Of a DNA stretch of 32,000 nucleotides, positions 27,825 to 32,000 are shown piece by piece (the first letter of the stretch is position 1; each line of letters opens with the position of its first letter). The position numbers and the translations under genes are program-made. The stretch spans positions 30,001 through 62,000 of the forward strand of contig CP006915.1 in NCBI GenBank assembly GCA_000503915.1, read 5' to 3'. Source of the DNA: Candidatus Saccharimonadota bacterium (GTDB lineage: Bacteria > Patescibacteriota > Saccharimonadia > Saccharimonadales > Saccharimonadaceae). Under the pieces are notes generated by a model. That model ran no database searches, had not been told where the DNA came from, and worked only from the letters and a program-made list of their open reading frames with translations.

Positions 27825-30026
27825 TCATAAGCGCTGCAGGCGGGCATACTCAACGTTGAGCTTTTTACGCTGACCTTGGTCAAACTGCACCGTTACGGCC
27901 AGGCCATCCACGTCCACGATTATCCCATCACCAAACTGGGCGGAACGAACTCGGTCATTAATGTCGAGTTCCGGTATTTCATCATAGTAAGCCGGTTCAT
28001 CGTGGGATACTCGGTCAGCCCCAGCGGCCTGCAGGCTCACGCCATTACCCATATCTTTTAGAAAGCGTGATGGCGCGTTATAACCGCGTTCGCCAAACTG
28101 TAGGCGGCTGGCTGCATAGCTCAGGTGCAGCTCTTCACGCGCTCGGGTCATGCCCACGTAACAGAGACGACGTTCTTCTTCAAGTTCGCTTGGTCCGGCC
28201 TCGTGGACGCGTGCATGTGGGAAGATTCCTTCTTCCATACCGACCATGAAAACAACCGGAAACTCGAGCCCTTTGGCGGCATGCAGCGTCATAAGGGTTA
28301 CTTTTTCTTCACTGCTGCTCTCATCGACGCTCGACATCAAGGCCACTTCTTCCAGGAAATCCGGTAGCGCTGCAAACGTCTTGGCGTCTGACACCAGTGA
28401 GCTGATGTTGCCCTCTCGCTCTTCGGCTTGCGGCGAACCATCACGGAGATACTCCAAGTAGCCACTTCGCTCCAGGATTTGCTCGATAATAGCACTTGGT
28501 TCACTGGCCATGTCGATACTCTGCAAGATATCTGCGAGTCTGATGAAGGAGTTTTTTGCTCGCGGTGTTAACCCATCGATTTCTTGCACGCGGCTAAGTG
28601 CCGTGACAATATCAAGGCCACTGCCCGCTTGCCAGATCATAAAACGCTCCAGACTACTGGCGCCAAGCCCCCGCGTCGGAACATTGGCGATGCGGCTAAA
28701 ACTCATGCGATCTTGCGGTTGATAGAGGAGACGTAAGTAGGCGATAACGTCTTTTATCTCTTTGCGGTCGTAAAAGCGCACACCGCCGACGATTTGGTAC
28801 GGGACTCGTGCCTGCAAAAATGCCCGCTCCAAGATATAGCTCTGGGCGTTGGTGCGGTATAACACCGCGAAATCGCCCGGCGTTCGTGCCTTTATCGCCG
28901 CCTGCGCACTGATACGGCTAGCGACGAGCCGAGCCTCTTCGGCTTCATCGTAGAGTTCATGAACCTGCACCGGTGTGCCCATGCCTTCGGCAGTCCATAG
29001 CTTCTTGTCGGTACGCCGGGTGTTCTTAGTAATCACATTGTGTGCTGCCTCGAGAATTGCTCCACTACTGCGATAGTTCTGCTCTAATTTGATGATACGC
29101 GCACCTGGAAAATCACGTTCAAAATTGAGAATGTTGGTAAAGTCGGCTCCGCGCCAACTATAAATACTCTGCCAGTCATCGCCGACAACACAGATGTTTC
29201 GTTCCGACCCAACTAAACTTTTGACGATCGTGTACTGTGCGGCGTTTGTATCCTGGTACTCGTCGATCATGATATGAGTAAATTTACTGCGCCATTTTTT
29301 ACGCGCATCCGGCACTTCGCGAAAAAGCCGTACCGTTTCAAGCAACAGATCGTCAAAGTCCAGCGCACCGGCTTCTTTTCGTAGCTGTTCATAGCGTCGA
29401 TAGACACTGGCGACTGTTTTTTGGAATGGGTAGTTAGCAGTGGCTTCAAATTCATCGGGATCAACCATCTCGTTTTTGGCGCTGGAGATGATATCGCTAA
29501 CGACACGGGGTTTAATCTTCTTGTCTGTCACCCCACAATCTTTCATTGCCTGCTTGACGAGTCCCTGTCGGTCGTCCTGATCGTAGATCACGAAATTACT
29601 CTGAATACCGATCAGATGACCGTCGATTCGAAGCAGGCGCACACATATGCCATGGAACGTCCCCATCCAGGGCATAAATGATCGAGGAGGGCTCTGCCCT
29701 CCAGCTCCTCTGGAAATGAATTCCATAGAAGCTCCCTCCCGCTGAAGCTCGCTTGGGGCGCTCGTGCTTTCAGCTGGCTTCCGCTTTGGCGGCGCTTCGC
29801 TTAACAGTTTCCAAAGGCGCTCGCGCATTTCACGCGCGGCTTTATTGGTAAAGGTCACCGCCAGGATTTGCTCTGGCCAGATACCTTTTTCAGCAATTAG
29901 ATACGCAATCCGATGCGTCAGCGTCTTCGTCTTACCGCTGCCCGCGCCCGCCAAAATCAAGAGCGGCCCGTCACCGGACGTCACGGCGCTCGCTTGAGCC
30001 TCGTTCAACCCCTCAAGTATATTCAT
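27825..30026 (-). CDS. pcrA: ATP-dependent DNA helicase PcrA/UvrD (SF1)
   Basis: Walker A AGAGSGKT, Ia TFTNKAAREM, II DEYQDT, TLHAAKGLEF, VGMTRA. Carries an extra low-complexity segment between Ia and WMGTFH. Confidence 0.95.
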   Translation of the reverse strand: MNILEGLNEAQASAVTSGDGPLLILAGAGSGKTKTLTHRIAYLIAEKGIWPEQILAVTFTNKAAREMRERLWKLLSEAPPKRKPAESTSAPSELQREGASMEFISRGAGGQSPPRSFMPWMGTFHGICVRLLRIDGHLIGIQSNFVIYDQDDRQGLVKQAMKDCGVTDKKIKPRVVSDIISSAKNEMVDPDEFEATANYPFQKTVASVYRRYEQLRKEAGALDFDDLLLETVRLFREVPDARKKWRSKFTHIMIDEYQDTNAAQYTIVKSLVGSERNICVVGDDWQSIYSWRGADFTNILNFERDFPGARIIKLEQNYRSSGAILEAAHNVITKNTRRTDKKLWTAEGMGTPVQVHELYDEAEEARLVASRISAQAAIKARTPGDFAVLYRTNAQSYILERAFLQARVPYQIVGGVRFYDRKEIKDVIAYLRLLYQPQDRMSFSRIANVPTRGLGASSLERFMIWQAGSGLDIVTALSRVQEIDGLTPRAKNSFIRLADILQSIDMASEPSAIIEQILERSGYLEYLRDGSPQAEEREGNISSLVSDAKTFAALPDFLEEVALMSSVDESSSEEKVTLMTLHAAKGLEFPVVFMVGMEEGIFPHARVHEAGPSELEEERRLCYVGMTRAREELHLSYAASRLQFGERGYNAPSRFLKDMGNGVSLQAAGADRVSHDEPAYYDEIPELDINDRVRSAQFGDGIIVDVDGLAVTVQFDQGQRKKLNVEYARLQRL

Positions 30027-30034
30027 TACTATCT

Positions 30035-30040
30035 AGTATA
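30035..30040 (-). promoter_or_regulatory. -10 box (TATACT) for pcrA; predicted leaderless
   Basis: 8 nt to the ATG at 30026. No TGn and no SD. Confidence 0.4.
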
Positions 30041-30048
30041 GCGGAGTT

Positions 30049-31056
30049 TTACGGGATAATGCCAGTCGCGTAGAGTAAGGCTGCGCCACCGCCACCAAGT
30101 GCAAGTAGCAGTACCACCCAGACGATCCAAAGCCAGCCCGCTTTCTTCTTTGTTGGGTGCGCAAGTGGTTGCGGTACACTGGCTGCATCGTAGATCGCCG
30201 CGTGGCTGTCGTCACCACTACTGGGCTGTTCCTTGTACTGCTGCGTAATCGATGTCGGACCGCTGGGTACCGTCATTTTCTCAAGCTCGGGCATCACCGG
30301 CGCGTGAGCGGCGGTCAGTTCTTTTGACTCAATGGTTACGAGATCATTGGCGAGCTCGGCGGGAAGTGGTATCGGTGGGTTGCCGTCGTCTTTATCGGTT
30401 GACATGATTTCGGACGAAAGCAGATCTTTGTCTTCGCCTCCAGTTGGCGGTTGATTGCCAAGCGGACGTTTTTCTACTTTGGTGTCCGGCAGAAAGGGCG
30501 AGTCGGCAATGGCTGCCGATGCCTTTTGGTCATCATCTTTAAGCAGTACCGTGCTACCAGAACCAGACATTGACAGAGGAGTAACTGACGGCTTGGCTGA
30601 CTCAGCCAGTGAAATCGGATCGGGCATAATATCGTGTGATACTGGCGGCGCGGCGGCTTCACTCGGCTTGGCCGACTCTACGGCAGCAGCCACCGATGGC
30701 CGCGGTGTGATAGCGATACCTTCGCGTGAGGGTGGGGTTAGAGAGCGCGACTGCTTCATGTCACCCGATGGGTGTACAACATCCATGAAACGGCCAGATG
30801 AACGTTGCGTCGGCACGACTACCCGTGACGAAGGACGTTCCGTAGTACCAGGGGATGGTTCGGCGCTCGGCGCTTCGGGTACGACGACCGTAGGCGACTC
30901 AGAGTTGATAGATGCGGCTAATGGCACCGATGAAGTCGTCGGTGATGATAGAGTAGCTGCCGGCTCCTTGTCGCTATCATCACTAGGTTTTGCTACGCTG
31001 CCCATCAGATTACTCACCGCCCTGTCTAGTTCATCGAAGTCAAGTTCTTTTACCAT
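30049..31056 (-). CDS. Hypothetical Pro/Ser/Ala-rich protein with a single C-terminal TM helix (tail-anchored topology)
   Basis: 335 aa. Low-complexity middle, C-terminal GWLWIVWVVLLLALGGGGAALLYA. AGGGA lies before the ATG, 6 nt after the tpiA stop. Confidence 0.7.
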   Translation of the reverse strand: MVKELDFDELDRAVSNLMGSVAKPSDDSDKEPAATLSSPTTSSVPLAASINSESPTVVVPEAPSAEPSPGTTERPSSRVVVPTQRSSGRFMDVVHPSGDMKQSRSLTPPSREGIAITPRPSVAAAVESAKPSEAAAPPVSHDIMPDPISLAESAKPSVTPLSMSGSGSTVLLKDDDQKASAAIADSPFLPDTKVEKRPLGNQPPTGGEDKDLLSSEIMSTDKDDGNPPIPLPAELANDLVTIESKELTAAHAPVMPELEKMTVPSGPTSITQQYKEQPSSGDDSHAAIYDAASVPQPLAHPTKKKAGWLWIVWVVLLLALGGGGAALLYATGIIP

Positions 31057-31062
31057 TATTCC

Positions 31063-31836
31063 CTACCCTTTTGTATTTGCCTTAAACGCTTGTTCTACCA
31101 TCTCACTAAATGCTTCCGCCTGCAGACTGGCGCCGCCGATCAGCAAACCGTCAATACCGTCTACCGTCAAATAATTCGAAGCGTTGCCTGGCGACACACT
31201 GCCACCATACAATACACAAATATCTTTGGCGATCTCTTTGCCGTACAAATGCTCGATCTGGCGGCGAATATGTCCAATGATCATTTCGACGTCTTTTGGC
31301 AAGGCGTTGTTGCCGCTGCCAATCGCCCAAACCGGCTCGTAAGCGATAACAGCCTGGCGTAGTTCTTCGCTTGTGAGGTTGGCTACACCGGCAATAATCT
31401 GGTCGTGCAATACCGCTGCCGTTTCATTTTCGCTACGTTCGTGCGCCGTTTCGCCGACACAAAGGATCGGTATGATGCCGTGACGGACAGCTGCTTGTAC
31501 CTTGGCACGGATATCTTTGTTATTTTCATTAAAGATATGGCGCCGCTCACTGTGGCCAATGATGGCATAGTCTACCAGGCCACGGAGCTGGTGAGCCGAA
31601 ACTTCACCGGTAAAAGCGCCTTCGTCGCGCCAGTACAGATTCTGAGCGGCCAATTTGAACTGACGGCGGTCGACCTGCAAACTAAGTGTCGGCAGCGTGA
31701 GCATACCTGGAGCCAGTACTACCTCAACATTGCGGTGCTTTTTGACCACTTTTGCCAGCTTATGAACATATAAACTGGCCTCATGAATCGTGAGGTTCAT
31801 CTTCCAGTTGCCAACTATCAATTTTTTTGCCGTCAC
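31063..31836 (-). CDS. tpiA: Triose-phosphate isomerase
   Basis: GNWKMN, IGHSERR, AYEPVWAIGSG. GTG start. Confidence 0.95.
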   Translation of the reverse strand: MTAKKLIVGNWKMNLTIHEASLYVHKLAKVVKKHRNVEVVLAPGMLTLPTLSLQVDRRQFKLAAQNLYWRDEGAFTGEVSAHQLRGLVDYAIIGHSERRHIFNENNKDIRAKVQAAVRHGIIPILCVGETAHERSENETAAVLHDQIIAGVANLTSEELRQAVIAYEPVWAIGSGNNALPKDVEMIIGHIRRQIEHLYGKEIAKDICVLYGGSVSPGNASNYLTVDGIDGLLIGGASLQAEAFSEMVEQAFKANTKG

Positions 31837-31871
31837 CCTAGATACATTCGCTTACGCTTACTATTGTTTTT

Positions 31872-31880
31872 AGTGTAGCA
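31872..31880 (-). promoter_or_regulatory. Extended -10-like element (TGcTACACT) between pgk and tpiA
   Basis: 35 nt upstream of the tpiA GTG. Weaker match. Confidence 0.3.
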
Positions 31881-31889
31881 GACTGCCCT

Positions 31890-32000
31890 TCAGGCGTCTA
31901 GCAGATGTTCAATGCCTGGCAGTGCTTCACCCGACATCAGTTGCAGGCTTGCACCACCCCCAGTCGAGATATGATCGAAACTACCACCATGTTTCTTGTC
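31890..32000 (-). CDS. pgk: Phosphoglycerate kinase, C-terminal 36 codons (5' end outside the window)
   Basis: Hand translation of the minus strand gives DKKHGGSFDHISTGGGASLQLMSGEALPGIEHLLDA*. STGGGASL is the Pgk C-terminal signature. Not in the ORF track because it is under 60 aa. Confidence 0.85.
   Translation of the reverse strand, partial: DKKHGGSFDHISTGGGASLQLMSGEALPGIEHLLDA

Overview
32-kb, about 50% GC, very gene-dense stretch. I count 31 protein genes, 27 of them on the minus strand. I found no rRNA, tRNA or CRISPR array. Content is almost entirely housekeeping: ABC exporter (partial), bL25, DedA, UvrA, exonuclease I, Obg, a LysM-CHAP wall hydrolase, MltG, RuvX, an FtsA-like ATPase, AlaRS without a C-Ala domain, two tandem type IV pilins, MnmA, DUF218, cysteine desulfurase, TatD, MetRS, PgeF, RsmA, an RpfB-like muralytic protein, PcrA, TpiA and Pgk (partial). 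The pilin N-termini (GFTIVELLIVIVVIAILA..TIVAYNG), shortened synthetases and tight packing suggest a reduced Gram-positive-type genome, probably Patescibacteria/CPR (Saccharibacteria-like). That assignment is inference only. I do not see a defence island or a clear-cut new multi-gene machine. What stands out: (1) extended -10 boxes lie 6-10 nt from the ATG of nearly every operon-leading gene, implying mostly leaderless mRNAs. (2) The LysM-CHAP hydrolase has a membrane anchor encoded upstream of any canonical start codon (probable ATT start after AGGAG). It sits behind a consensus promoter and a leader of about 240 nt that could be a cis-regulatory RNA. (3) A Y1/HUH transposase (IS200/RAYT-like) is bracketed by two direct hairpin repeats. 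(4) A 4-kb block (FtsA-like ATPase, baseplate-J-like membrane protein, divergent acidic orphan) separates alaS from ruvX-mltG. (5) A sharply AT-rich segment lies inside alaS. (6) An actinobacterial-type RpfB gene is coupled to rsmA. All domain calls are by eye from motifs; no searches were run.
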